64,000 nt of DNA from Bacteroidota bacterium (GCA_035390885.1 DAOOUW010000005.1:1913-65912), one strand, 5' to 3'; counted from the first letter of the stretch, positions 48,291-58,145 are shown. Numbers and translations: made by a program. Notes: a model not told the origin generated them from the sequence alone.

Positions 48291-48854
48291 ATGACAAACG
48301 TTAAAGATATTCTAAAAGAAGCTGACGATAGAATGAAAAAAGCTGTCGAAACAGTACGGAATGAATTATCAAAAATCCGAACAGGGAAAGCAACTACTGC
48401 CTTACTCGATGCAGTTCGGGTTGATTACTATGGATCTCCGACTCCGCTCAGTAAAATTGCGAGCGTCAGCACGCCGGATGTGCATACTATTTCTATTCAA
48501 CCATGGGAAAAGACTCTCATCCCTCATATTGAAAAGGCAATCCTCCAGGCTAACATCGGTCTGAATCCCATCAACGATGGAACGGTTGTTCGTGTCCCGG
48601 TGCCGCCGCTGAATGAGGAACGGCGTCGCGAATTGGTGAAACTTGCGAAGAAATTTGGAGAAGAAGGTAAACTTGCAGTAAGAAATATCCGGCGCGATGC
48701 AATCGAGCATCTCAAGAAGGCGGAAAAAGCAGAACATCTTTCCGAAGATGAACGAAAACGCGGCGAGCAGGAAGTTCAAAAGTTGACGGATAAGTACATC
48801 AAAGATATTGATGCGCTTCTTGCACAAAAAGAAAAAGAGATTATGGAAGTGTAA
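48291..48854 (+). CDS. frr: Ribosome recycling factor
   Basis: ORF 48201..48854 overlaps the pyrH end. ATG 48291 gives MTNVKDILKEADDRMKKAVE, and the sequence also contains VRVPVPPLNEERRRELVK. Confidence 0.9.
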   Translation: MTNVKDILKEADDRMKKAVETVRNELSKIRTGKATTALLDAVRVDYYGSPTPLSKIASVSTPDVHTISIQPWEKTLIPHIEKAILQANIGLNPINDGTVVRVPVPPLNEERRRELVKLAKKFGEEGKLAVRNIRRDAIEHLKKAEKAEHLSEDERKRGEQEVQKLTDKYIKDIDALLAQKEKEIMEV

Positions 48855-48877
48855 TAAAGAGTTTTATTTATTCTTTA

Positions 48878-48993
48878 ACTGTCCAGAACCAGATAAATCC
48901 AATGTGGGGATTATCTTTTCGCTCCACTTCTTCTATGGAACGAAGAGAGATAGAGAGTGGAAATTTTAAATGGTGTCTGGACAGTCTTTTTTT
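48878..48993 (+). other. Structured element between frr and pspC: 10-bp closing helix, internal hairpins, then a U-tract (complex terminator or small RNA)
   Basis: ACTGTCCAGA (48878-48887) pairs perfectly with TCTGGACAGT (48976-48985), followed by CTTTTTTT. Inner hairpins are AATCC-aatgtgg-GGATT and CTTC-tatggaac-GAAG. Confidence 0.5.
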
Positions 48994-49058
48994 GAAACAA
49001 ATATTGATTAGGTTCGTATCAAAGTTTGATTTAGGTTTGTAAATAAAAAGAGGATACT

Positions 49059-49742
49059 ATGGCACAGACGAAGCGATTATATCGAAGTACCAAGAACAAA
49101 ATACTTGCGGGCATTTGTGGTGGTATTGCAGAATATCTCGATACGGATCCAACATTTGTTAGGATTATCTGGATTGTTTTAACGTTATTAGGTGGTTCTG
49201 GAATAATTCTTTACATAATTGCCTATCTCATTATGCCCGAGAATCCAGAAAAGACCGGCGAAGTTCAGACTGAAACGAATTCGAAAGCGAACATTTTTCT
49301 TGGCTCGCTTCTCATTATTCTTGGCGGATTGCTTTTGTTAGATACAACTGATGTAATTTCGTTCCATAGATTATGGGCTACAAGCTGGGAATATATTTTA
49401 CCTCTCACTTTCATCCTCATCGGTTTTGCGCTTCTCCTTGGCAGAAAGAGAAGACAAACGCCGCCGAAAGAAACTTCTGCAGAAGTTTTAGAAGGCGACG
49501 CCACAGCGCCTCCTCAAGAAGCAACCGCTGAAGAAGAAGAGCCAGAACGACTTATGAGGTCGCGAAAGGATAAAAAGATTTTGGGAGTATGCGGCGGTAT
49601 TGCGGAATATTTTCATATTGATTCTACAATTATACGATTGCTTTACATTCTCTTTACATTTGCCACGGGAGGAGTGGGCATTATTGTTTACTTTTTGCTG
49701 GCTTTAGTAATGCCAAAAGAACCTGCTGCTCCTGAACAGTAA
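49059..49742 (+). CDS. PspC domain-containing membrane protein (two PspC domains)
   Basis: LYRSTKNKILAGICGGIAEYLDTDPTFVRIIWIVLTLLGG and a second copy RSRKDKKILGVCGGIAEYFHIDSTIIRLLYILFTF. Confidence 0.85.
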   Translation: MAQTKRLYRSTKNKILAGICGGIAEYLDTDPTFVRIIWIVLTLLGGSGIILYIIAYLIMPENPEKTGEVQTETNSKANIFLGSLLIILGGLLLLDTTDVISFHRLWATSWEYILPLTFILIGFALLLGRKRRQTPPKETSAEVLEGDATAPPQEATAEEEEPERLMRSRKDKKILGVCGGIAEYFHIDSTIIRLLYILFTFATGGVGIIVYFLLALVMPKEPAAPEQ

Positions 49743-49753
49743 GGATGTGATTT

Positions 49754-50260
49754 ATGGAACGACGACTCAATAATGTATCTATCATTGGTATTTTTTTTCT
49801 TGTTCTCGGGATTGCGTTACTTTTACACAAACTTGAAATAATTCCATCTCTATGGATGTATGTTTTTTGGGGTAGCGTAGGATTGTGTGGACTTGGAATC
49901 ACTGTTACAACATTTCCACAACAACGGCGTAGTCCAGTGTTTTGGGGAAGTTTAATGTTCTTCTTTAGTATTGGTGTGATACTTCACAGAGCTAATGTTC
50001 TTCAGAGTGAATCGTGGGATTTTTTAGCTACACTTAGTCTGGCGATAAGTTTTGCGTGTCTGATGACGTATCTCCTTGATATTCGCCAAATGGGAATTCT
50101 CATTCCGGCCATTCTTTGTGGGGCATACGGACTGTTGCACTATCTCTGGGAATATGAATTGCTCAATTGGTACGATATTCAGTATATCGTTCGTACATAC
50201 TGGCCTGTGTTGCTTATTGTGTGGGGAATTTCATTTCTTGTTCGGCGACGACCTGATTAG
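49754..50260 (+). CDS. Hypothetical multi-pass membrane protein (co-located with PspC)
   Basis: 168 aa with ~5 hydrophobic segments. It starts 11 nt after the PspC-domain gene. Confidence 0.55.
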   Translation: MERRLNNVSIIGIFFLVLGIALLLHKLEIIPSLWMYVFWGSVGLCGLGITVTTFPQQRRSPVFWGSLMFFFSIGVILHRANVLQSESWDFLATLSLAISFACLMTYLLDIRQMGILIPAILCGAYGLLHYLWEYELLNWYDIQYIVRTYWPVLLIVWGISFLVRRRPD

Positions 50261-50280
50261 TTTCATCTTTGCTTTCATTG

Positions 50281-50376
50281 GCGCTGCCTTCGAGAGCCTC
50301 AGGCAGCGACTCCTGCAGGTGAATGGGTAGGACGATAGTCCGTATCGAAGCCACCATTTTGGGTTACTCTTCTTTT
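50281..50376 (-). repeat. R1 intergenic repeat, copy F (reverse orientation, divergent 3' half)
   Basis: The reverse complement reads aaaagaagagtaacccaaaatGGTGGCttcgatacggactatcgtcctacccattcacctgcaggagtcGCTGCCtgaggctctcgaaGGCAGCgcc. The second hairpin is retained, with GCTGCC/GGCAGC instead of GTTGCC/GGCAAC. Confidence 0.6.
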
Positions 50377-50440
50377 ACCTCCTAAATTCATATTCCAACC
50401 TATATTGGATATCTGGTTTGAGTGCATCTACATTTTGTGC

Positions 50441-53236
50441 TTAATGTGCTTCCAGCCAGTTTGCGCCAACTCCTGCGTCAACAACAACTGGAACATTAAG
50501 CGGTAATGCCGACTGCATTATTTCCGTAACAAGTTTTTGAACAGGAAGAAGCTCGTTTTCCGATACATCGAATACTAATTCGTCGTGTACCTGAAGAATC
50601 ATTGCTGAGGCAAATTTTTCTTGCTGAAACGCTTTATCAATTCTTACCATGGCAATTTTAATCATATCTGCTGCGGTGCCTTGAACTGGCATATTGATTG
50701 CCTGCCTTTCCGCATTTTGCCGAATCGTTCGATTCCTACTTGTAATATCTGGAAGGTAACGACGGCGACCTAAAAGTGTGGTAACATATCCTCGTTGACG
50801 AGCCTGAAGAATTGTATCGTTAATATACTGCTGAACTTTTGGAAATCGCTGGAAATATCGCTCGATAATTTCCTTTGCTTCCGTCTGACTGATGTCGAGT
50901 CGAGTGGAAAGTCCGTAAGCTCCAATTCCATACATTATTCCAAAATTTACTTCCTTTGCTTTCCGTCTCATTTCTCGGGTAACCTCGCTGAATTCCACTC
51001 CAAAAATTTTTGAGGCTGTTGATGCATGGATATCTTCACCGTTGACAAATGCTTCTCGCAATCCCTCATCGCCAGAAATATGCGCCATTACACGAAGTTC
51101 AATTTGGGAATAGTCGGCAGAGAGGATTTTTCCCTTAGATGCGCTTGGAATAAATGCTTTTCGAATTGCTCGACCGACTTCTGTCCGGATAGGGATATTT
51201 TGCAGATTCGGATCGCTACTCGAGAGTCGTCCGGTTGCCGTTACCGCTTGATTAAAAGAAGTATGAACTTTACCGGTTTTAGGATGAATCAACTTTGGAA
51301 GAGCATCGACATAGGTTGATTTGAGTTTCGAGAGTTGACGGTATGCAAGGAGATGTTCGATAATTGGATGTTCCTTCTGAAGCGACTCGAGTACTCCCAT
51401 ATCAGTTGAGTAACCAGTTTTTGTTTTCTTTGCTGGTGAGAGTTTCAACGTTGTAAAGAGAACTTCTGAAAGTTGTTGAGAAGAATTTATATTGAATGAA
51501 GCGCCAGCGAGCCGATATATTTCCTGTGTTAGCTCTGTCAGTTGTCGTTCGAGCTCTTTCGACATTGACTCGAGGTATGGAACATCGATCATAACGCCGG
51601 TGGATTCCATTTTTATGAGTACTGGAATGAGAGGAACTTCAACTTCGTTCCAGAGCTTGTCCATTTCCACTTCGTGGATTTTTTCTCTTAAGATTTTATA
51701 GAGCTGAAAGGTAACATCGGCATCTTCACAAGAATATTCGGAAACGCGCTCGAAAGGAATCTCCTGCAATTTTTTTTGCTCTTTTCCTTTGCCTACAAGT
51801 TCATCGTAACTAATAGGTTTGTAGTTGAGATATTCCTGAGCGACCGAATCGAGCGAATGTCTTCCATCAGGACGGAGCAGATAGCTTGCAATCATTGTAT
51901 CGAATGAAATTCCATTTACTATAATTCCATAGTTGAAGAGGACGAGGGCATCGTACTTACTATTATGTCCAATTTTTTTTATTGATGAATTTTCAAAAAT
52001 GGGCTTTAGTTTATTTACTACATAAGGGAGCGAGAGCCCTTTCTCTGGTTGGACGTTTGCCGTAGCTTGAAATAAATCATGTTCGTCTGGCTCTGTTGTA
52101 TTTGACTTGAGTGCGACGTAACAGGCTTTTCTTGGTTCCAAACAAAATGAAATTCCAAGAAGGTCAGCCAGAAGAGGATTCGTTGATGTTGTTTCGGTAT
52201 CGAAGGCAAATTCCTGGGAATTTTCGAGAACGGAACAAAGTCGCTCGAATGCTTCTTCTGATTCGATGAGGTTGTATGAATGTTCTTCAGAAGAGATTGT
52301 ACCTTGCTCTTCTGCTGCGGACTTTTCTTGAGGAAATGAAAATGATACTGCTGAAGTTTGTTCTTCGGATTGCAGCTTTGCAAGCAGAGAGCGGAATTCC
52401 AAATCTTTAAATAATTGCGTAAGCTCGGCTATATTTTTTTCTTTTGCTTGAAGTGAATGCACGTCAATAGGAATCGGTACGTTGGTATCGATTGTTACTA
52501 ATTTTTTTGACAGAAAAGCGAGCTCACGGTGCGTTTCCAATTTTTCACGGAGTCGTTTTTGTTCGATCTCGTCGAGATGAGAATAAAGATTTTCGAGACT
52601 GCCGAATCTTTGAATCAGCGGAATGGCTGTTTTTTCACCGACGCCGGGTACGCCGGGAATGTTATCGGAACTATCGCCTGTGAGCGCAAAGACATCTATA
52701 ATTTGAGATGGCTGTACGCCAAATTTCTGTCTGACTGAATCGTTGGTAATGATTTCTACGTCTGTGCCTTGCCGACCGGGTTTGAAAATTTTTGTTTTAT
52801 CTGTAACAAGCTGCATAAAATCCTTGTCGGGTGAAACAAGGAAGGCAAGTGCGTTGGTTTCCTCTGCCTGTCGGGCAAGCGTGCCAATGATGTCGTCTGC
52901 TTCGTAACCGTCCAATTCGACGACCGGGATATTATATGCGTTGATTATTTCTTTCAATATTGGAATTTGCGCCGTCATATCTTCGGGCATTTTCTGTCGA
53001 GTGGCTTTGTACTCCTTGTATGCATGATGTCGAAATGTCGGAGCGCTGGTATCGAAAATAACAGCGATATGATCCGGGTGTTCTACCGAAAGAATACGAT
53101 TAAGGAACGTAACGAATCCGAAGATAGCGCTTGTGTTGATTCCTTTGGAATTTATCAAAGGACGTTGAATGAATGCGTAGTAAGCGCGATAAGCAAGCGC
53201 CATTCCATCCAGTAAAAATACTCGCTCATTTTCCAT
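50441..53236 (-). CDS. polA: DNA polymerase I
   Basis: ORF 50441..53533. The canonical 5'-nuclease N-terminus MENERVFLLDGMALAYRAYYAF starts at ATG 53236 (932 aa). Pol motifs: DYSQIELRVMAHISGDE and QVHDELVFD. Confidence 0.9.
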   Translation of the reverse strand: MENERVFLLDGMALAYRAYYAFIQRPLINSKGINTSAIFGFVTFLNRILSVEHPDHIAVIFDTSAPTFRHHAYKEYKATRQKMPEDMTAQIPILKEIINAYNIPVVELDGYEADDIIGTLARQAEETNALAFLVSPDKDFMQLVTDKTKIFKPGRQGTDVEIITNDSVRQKFGVQPSQIIDVFALTGDSSDNIPGVPGVGEKTAIPLIQRFGSLENLYSHLDEIEQKRLREKLETHRELAFLSKKLVTIDTNVPIPIDVHSLQAKEKNIAELTQLFKDLEFRSLLAKLQSEEQTSAVSFSFPQEKSAAEEQGTISSEEHSYNLIESEEAFERLCSVLENSQEFAFDTETTSTNPLLADLLGISFCLEPRKACYVALKSNTTEPDEHDLFQATANVQPEKGLSLPYVVNKLKPIFENSSIKKIGHNSKYDALVLFNYGIIVNGISFDTMIASYLLRPDGRHSLDSVAQEYLNYKPISYDELVGKGKEQKKLQEIPFERVSEYSCEDADVTFQLYKILREKIHEVEMDKLWNEVEVPLIPVLIKMESTGVMIDVPYLESMSKELERQLTELTQEIYRLAGASFNINSSQQLSEVLFTTLKLSPAKKTKTGYSTDMGVLESLQKEHPIIEHLLAYRQLSKLKSTYVDALPKLIHPKTGKVHTSFNQAVTATGRLSSSDPNLQNIPIRTEVGRAIRKAFIPSASKGKILSADYSQIELRVMAHISGDEGLREAFVNGEDIHASTASKIFGVEFSEVTREMRRKAKEVNFGIMYGIGAYGLSTRLDISQTEAKEIIERYFQRFPKVQQYINDTILQARQRGYVTTLLGRRRYLPDITSRNRTIRQNAERQAINMPVQGTAADMIKIAMVRIDKAFQQEKFASAMILQVHDELVFDVSENELLPVQKLVTEIMQSALPLNVPVVVDAGVGANWLEAH

Positions 53237-53643
53237 TGCTTTTCCGGGAATAAATTTATTAAAACAATATACGAAAGTGAAACTGAAGAGCCAAAGAAGG
53301 TAGGAAAAGAAAATAAAATGAAGTAATCTTTTGAGATGATGAGTTTTTTTGTATCTTATATAGGCGTGTGAATTGGCTAAAATAACAATGAATATTATTA
53401 GATATAATACAAAGGTTGAAAAACAATCCTGTAGAACAAATACCCTACGATTACTGGCCTCTAGAAAATTGTAGTTGCAGATTGGACCGATTTTGATAAG
53501 ATCAATCCTGTTCCTGCTTTGGGAACTTGCCATATTGATGGACTTCTATCAGATAATGGCTCTAATAGGATTCATTCTACGAGTAATCTAATCGATAGAG
53601 GGCAATGTAGGTTTACCTTTCTATGGCAGTGTTTTTGACTTAA

Positions 53644-53742
53644 GAGTGTTTGAATGTAAATGGACTGTCCAGCGGAGTTTATACTTGTGTATTAAGACAA
53701 GGAAGTTCAATTAAATCTCAAAGAATTGTTGTACTGAAATAA
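53644..53742 (+). pseudogene. Remnant of a T9SS C-terminal sorting domain (3' gene fragment)
   Basis: The translation ECLNVNGLSSGVYTCVLRQGSSIKSQRIVVLK* is preceded by an in-frame TAA. It matches the tails of the three intact CTD proteins here (..SGVYFCRMQCGAFSSTVRMLLVK, ..SGIYFVRM..KIVLMK, ..TGVYCVVLQQGVDRAVRKILLLK). Confidence 0.6.
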
Positions 53743-53780
53743 ACAAAATAATATCCCACCAAAAAAATATAAGGAGCTCT

Positions 53781-56654
53781 ATGATGTTAAAAAAATGTTC
53801 GTATTGTGTGTTGATAATGACTTTGGTAGCGCTCAATGTCGGTATGGCACAAACAGCAGCAACTGCAGTTTGGCCGTTGACGAGCGATCAAAATCCACAG
53901 GTTACTGGAGCTATTAGCGCGCAGCCTCAGAGACTCACTATGATGCAAGTTTCCTATTCAAGCGGCGTACAACGTTCCAGTCCAAGTGGCACTGCAGGTT
54001 CATGGCCTGGCGAATCGACAGAAAATTCCTCTCGCTTTATGGAATTTGTTGTTACTCCAGCACAAGGGAATACTTTTACAATAACGTCAATTTCGATGAT
54101 TCTCTATGCTAATTCTGGAAGTAACATGCGTGCAAATGTTTACTACGCTACAGATTCTTTGTTTGCATCGAAAGTGCAAATAGGTTCGACATTTAGTCTT
54201 GGCTCATCAGCGCTTTCTACTCCAAATGTTACTGCGTCTCTAAATCTTACATTAAATTTATCAGAAACTCTTTATGTAAGGGTCTATCCATGGTATACAA
54301 CATCGACGACAGGAAAATATCTTATTGTAAAGTCAGTAACGATTGCGGGTACTACGCTTCCATCTACTGCAATCATAGTTAATCCTACATCTCTCAGTGG
54401 TTTTATTCAACGGAGTTCCACTGAACCTTCTGATGTCAAAACGTATTCATTGTACGGAATTAACCTGACCCATGATGTTGCGATAACGCCACCAAGCAGT
54501 TTTCTGATTTCATCCGATGGTGGTAACACATGGTGGAATGATGAAATAAGGCTGTCCGTTGCCAATGGAATTATTATAGACCAACCGAAAACTGTTTCTG
54601 TTAGATTGAATGCTGCTTCGTCTGGATCATATACCGGGACTATTTCTCATACAAGCGATGGAGCTGCAGTGGCTTATGTCTCTCTCGATGGTGTTCTTTT
54701 AGCGCCAGAACCAACCGTACCATCATCGCTTGCCACAGATGAAATATCAGGTAACACAGTGAAACTAACATTTGTTGGTGGAAATGGAAGCAACAGAATA
54801 GTTGCAATATGTCAGGGTAATGCTTTAAGCTGGGCGCCAAGCGATGGAGCGCCTATTAGCGGAGTTGATGCAAATTATTCTTCCGCTGTAGATCAGGGTA
54901 ACGGAACAAAAGTGGTTTACGATGGCAATGGAACATCCGTGACAGTTTCTGGATTGTCGGGCAATACAACATACACTGTTGGTGTATTCGAATACAACAA
55001 GAGTACTGGCAATTCTCAGAATTATCTTACCTCTAATTATCCTACTTCCACATTTACGACGCTCACGGTTGCTACACTTAACGCCACCCCATCATCGTTA
55101 GCTTTTGGGAACGTCGTTCTTGGACAATCAAGTGTAAAGTCTTATCAACTCTCGGGAAGTTATCTTGCTTCCGATGGAACGATTACAGTTACAGCTCCGA
55201 GTGGTTTTCAAGTATCGCTTTCCGAAGCAGGCTCCTACAGCTCTTCACTTATTATTCCATATTCTCAGCAAACTCTTGCGAGTACGACGGTATATGTGCG
55301 CTTTGCACCGGACGAGGTAAAGAACTACAGTGATGTGATTTCAAATAATGGAGGCGGAACAAATATTAATGTGCCTGTTACCGGCAAGGGCATATCCGAC
55401 CAATTTCAAATATTGGATACGCCTGTTGGATTTGCAACACTCAATGGCAGTACAACTGGTGGATTGAACGGTACAACTGTTACGATAACGGATCCGCAGC
55501 AATTAGCAGATATCTTGAAAGCCCGTGAGAATAAAAGTACGGCTCCTCTCATCGTTTATATTTCTGGGACTCTTAGTGGTTATTCAACAGAACTTTCAGT
55601 AAAGCGTACTGCCAATATTTCGATTTTAGGACTTGGTACCAATGCTGGGTTTAACGGATTTGGGATGAAAATTGTAGAGTGCAATAACATCATTGTCCGT
55701 AATCTTACGTTCTCTGATTGTCACGTTGATGAAAAAGATGGATTAGCAGTTGATGGAAGTTATAATGTGTGGGTTGATCACTGTACTTTTACTGATAGTC
55801 CAGCCAGCGATCCTAACGGCAATAGCCATGATGGTCTGCTCGACGTCAAGAATGGCTCTTATAATGTTACCATTTCTTATAATCACTTTATGAATCACCG
55901 AAAGACCTGCTTGCTTGGACATACTGAAAGTCAAACCTCGGACACTGTTATGAAAGTTACTTACTATAGGAACTGGTTCGATGGAACATATTCAAGACAT
56001 CCGAGAATTAGATATGCAAAGGCTCACATTGTAAATAATCTCTACACAAGTAATGGTGGATATGGAGTGGGTGTAACGTGCAATGCTCAAGTATATCTGG
56101 AAGAAAACTATTTCGAAAATGTAGTGTCGCCGGTACTAATTTCACAGGTGAATGATCCAGAGGGAACCTTAAGTGGCGATCCAGCTGGATACATCAAATC
56201 TGTAGGAAATGTTACAGTAAATTCCGGCGCAATTTTGGAAAATCTAAGCGGCTTTAATTTTAATCCTTCAGATTATTATAGCCTTGAAGTTGCTGCTGGT
56301 AGTAATGTCAAGTCACTTGTTCAAGCAAATGCAGGCGCTGGATTGTTAGATTTTCTCAATGAGGTTCAAGGAACTGAATCGATTGCACCGGTTGGATTTG
56401 CATTACTTCAGAATTATCCGAATCCATTCAATCCTTCGACAACGATTCATTACAGTATCAGGAATTCTGGTATTGTTACAATTAAAATATTTGATATGAT
56501 AGGTCGCGAGGTTGCTCAACTTGTAAATCAATTCCATGCTCCAGGTTCATATTCGATTCAATGGAATGCAGAAAAGCAACCGACAGGAGTTTACTGTGTC
56601 GTGTTACAACAAGGTGTTGACCGAGCTGTAAGAAAAATACTTCTGTTGAAATAG
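53781..56654 (+). CDS. Secreted pectate lyase (PL1 family) with N-terminal beta-rich domains and a T9SS C-terminal domain
   Basis: 957 aa. PL1 core: ILGLGTNAGFNGFGMKIVECNNIIVRNLTF...DGLAVDGSYNVWVDHCTF...DGLLDVKNGSYNVTISYNHF..HRKTCLLGH...SRHPRIRYAKAHIVNNLY. Tail: NYPNPFNPSTTIHYSI..TGVYCVVL..ILLLK. Confidence 0.85.
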   Translation: MMLKKCSYCVLIMTLVALNVGMAQTAATAVWPLTSDQNPQVTGAISAQPQRLTMMQVSYSSGVQRSSPSGTAGSWPGESTENSSRFMEFVVTPAQGNTFTITSISMILYANSGSNMRANVYYATDSLFASKVQIGSTFSLGSSALSTPNVTASLNLTLNLSETLYVRVYPWYTTSTTGKYLIVKSVTIAGTTLPSTAIIVNPTSLSGFIQRSSTEPSDVKTYSLYGINLTHDVAITPPSSFLISSDGGNTWWNDEIRLSVANGIIIDQPKTVSVRLNAASSGSYTGTISHTSDGAAVAYVSLDGVLLAPEPTVPSSLATDEISGNTVKLTFVGGNGSNRIVAICQGNALSWAPSDGAPISGVDANYSSAVDQGNGTKVVYDGNGTSVTVSGLSGNTTYTVGVFEYNKSTGNSQNYLTSNYPTSTFTTLTVATLNATPSSLAFGNVVLGQSSVKSYQLSGSYLASDGTITVTAPSGFQVSLSEAGSYSSSLIIPYSQQTLASTTVYVRFAPDEVKNYSDVISNNGGGTNINVPVTGKGISDQFQILDTPVGFATLNGSTTGGLNGTTVTITDPQQLADILKARENKSTAPLIVYISGTLSGYSTELSVKRTANISILGLGTNAGFNGFGMKIVECNNIIVRNLTFSDCHVDEKDGLAVDGSYNVWVDHCTFTDSPASDPNGNSHDGLLDVKNGSYNVTISYNHFMNHRKTCLLGHTESQTSDTVMKVTYYRNWFDGTYSRHPRIRYAKAHIVNNLYTSNGGYGVGVTCNAQVYLEENYFENVVSPVLISQVNDPEGTLSGDPAGYIKSVGNVTVNSGAILENLSGFNFNPSDYYSLEVAAGSNVKSLVQANAGAGLLDFLNEVQGTESIAPVGFALLQNYPNPFNPSTTIHYSIRNSGIVTIKIFDMIGREVAQLVNQFHAPGSYSIQWNAEKQPTGVYCVVLQQGVDRAVRKILLLK

Positions 56655-56872
56655 AAAAAAATTAAAGGTTCAATGGCGGTACAAGAAATTGCATGGTATT
56701 CATAATCTGAATTCATATGTAATTTACTTAGAGTGATAGAGCTCCTGGGTGGGATAATATCACAAACACTCTAGTACCGTCATTGAAATTCTTTCTTCGC
56801 TGTTTTCACTACAATATTTTTAACCCAGATTAGGCAACCAAGGTAACAGTACAGTCTAAGTGCAGTAAAGGC

Positions 56873-57010
56873 GAAAGAAGAGAAAACCAAAATGGTGGCT
56901 TCGATACGAGCTATCGCTCTACTCAGCCACCGTCAGGAAATCGGTTGCCGAGTAGCCGTAAGGCGTATCGAGGCAACAGGGTGTGCAAGTTTCTAATGCA
57001 TAATTTGGGT
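56873..57010 (+). repeat. R1 intergenic repeat, copy G (closest to consensus)
   Basis: gaaagaagagaaaaccaaaatGGTGGCttCGATAcgagcTATCGctctactcaGCCACCgtcaggaaatcgGTTGCCgagtagccgtaaggcgtatcgagGCAACagggtgtgcaagtttctaatgcataatttgggt. Confidence 0.85.
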
Positions 57011-57069
57011 TTTCTTTCTTTGTGGTCAGATATTTTGTTTAATTTTTTTTGTAATTTATCAAATATTTC

Positions 57070-57111
57070 TTGACATAATCTTAATAAAATATTACAATGC
57101 AAACGTTTGAA
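57070..57111 (+). promoter_or_regulatory. Sigma70-like promoter (TTGACA-17 nt-TACAAT) overlapping a LacI-type palindromic operator (TGCAAACGTTTGAA)
   Basis: TTGACA at 57070-57075, a 17-nt spacer, TACAAT at 57093-57098, and the operator at 57098-57111 with a perfect CAAACGTTTG core. It lies 15 nt upstream of the LacI-family gene. Confidence 0.6.
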
Positions 57112-57125
57112 ATGACAATTCTTAT

Positions 57126-58127
57126 ATGAAGCATGCAACAATTATAGATATTGCAAAAAAATTAGGAATCTCACCTTCTACGGTATCAAGGGCGTTGAGC
57201 GATCACCCTGACGTCAAGAAAGAAACCAAGGAACTTGTTCGTAAGGTTGCCGCCGAACTGAACTATACTCCGAACCCAATAGCACAGAGTTTAAAAAGCA
57301 ACAAGACGACTACCATCGGCGTCGTCGTTCCTGAAATTCGACATGATTTCTTTTCATTGGCTATTAGCGGAATGGAAGAGGTCGCTTACCGTTCAGGATA
57401 TAATATTATTCTTACTCAATCGAACGAAAATTATGAACGAGAAGTTGTGAGCGTTAATGTGCTGATGCATCAACGAGTTGCCGGAATGATTATTTCCATC
57501 GCGCAGAATACAAAGAGTGGTGAACATTTTCAGGATGTGCTCCGCAGAAAAATTCCGATTGTCTTTTTTGATCGTGCATTTGAAGATTTGCCAATTAGCA
57601 AAGTCGTTGTCGATGACTACAGAGGAGCTTTTGATTCAGTGAGTTACTTAATTGGAAAAGGATACAAGCGTATTGCGCACATTGGCGGACCAAAAGAACT
57701 TGGCATTTGTCAACGAAGGAGAAAAGGTTACATTGATGCTTTACAACATCACAATATCATGGTTGATGAATCTTTAATTTATTCGGTTGGAATGAGAGAG
57801 AGCGATGGATATGCAGCAATGGATTCGCTTCTTCAATTATCGAACAAACCGGATGTAGTTTGCTGTGTGAACGATCCTGTAGCAATTGGCGCATATCAAA
57901 GATTGAAAGAAGGTGGATTGTCGATTCCACAAGATGTTGGAGTTGTAGGATTTTCGAATAATAAGATTACAGGTTTTACAGATCCGCCGCTCACAACTGT
58001 AGAACAACCTTCGTTCGAAATGGGAAAGAATGCCGCTGAAACTTTAATTGGTATTATCGAAAATAAAATTCAAGAACCGGTTGTGAAAACTCTTAGCACA
58101 AAGCTTATAGTGCGCGGCTCGACCTAA
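57126..58127 (+). CDS. LacI-family transcriptional regulator
   Basis: HTH: ATIIDIAKKLGISPSTVSRALSDHPDVKKETKELVRKVAAELNYTPNPIAQSL. Followed by a periplasmic-binding-like sugar domain. Confidence 0.9.
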   Translation: MKHATIIDIAKKLGISPSTVSRALSDHPDVKKETKELVRKVAAELNYTPNPIAQSLKSNKTTTIGVVVPEIRHDFFSLAISGMEEVAYRSGYNIILTQSNENYEREVVSVNVLMHQRVAGMIISIAQNTKSGEHFQDVLRRKIPIVFFDRAFEDLPISKVVVDDYRGAFDSVSYLIGKGYKRIAHIGGPKELGICQRRRKGYIDALQHHNIMVDESLIYSVGMRESDGYAAMDSLLQLSNKPDVVCCVNDPVAIGAYQRLKEGGLSIPQDVGVVGFSNNKITGFTDPPLTTVEQPSFEMGKNAAETLIGIIENKIQEPVVKTLSTKLIVRGST

Positions 58128-58145
58128 AAATTTTTCCATTGTTTT

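Noticed and set aside
16311-57010. Possibility that the R1 copies form a CRISPR array
   Set aside because: The copies are dispersed over 40 kb in both orientations and separated by genes. They are 120-140 nt long and not regularly spaced with unique short spacers. No cas genes are present.
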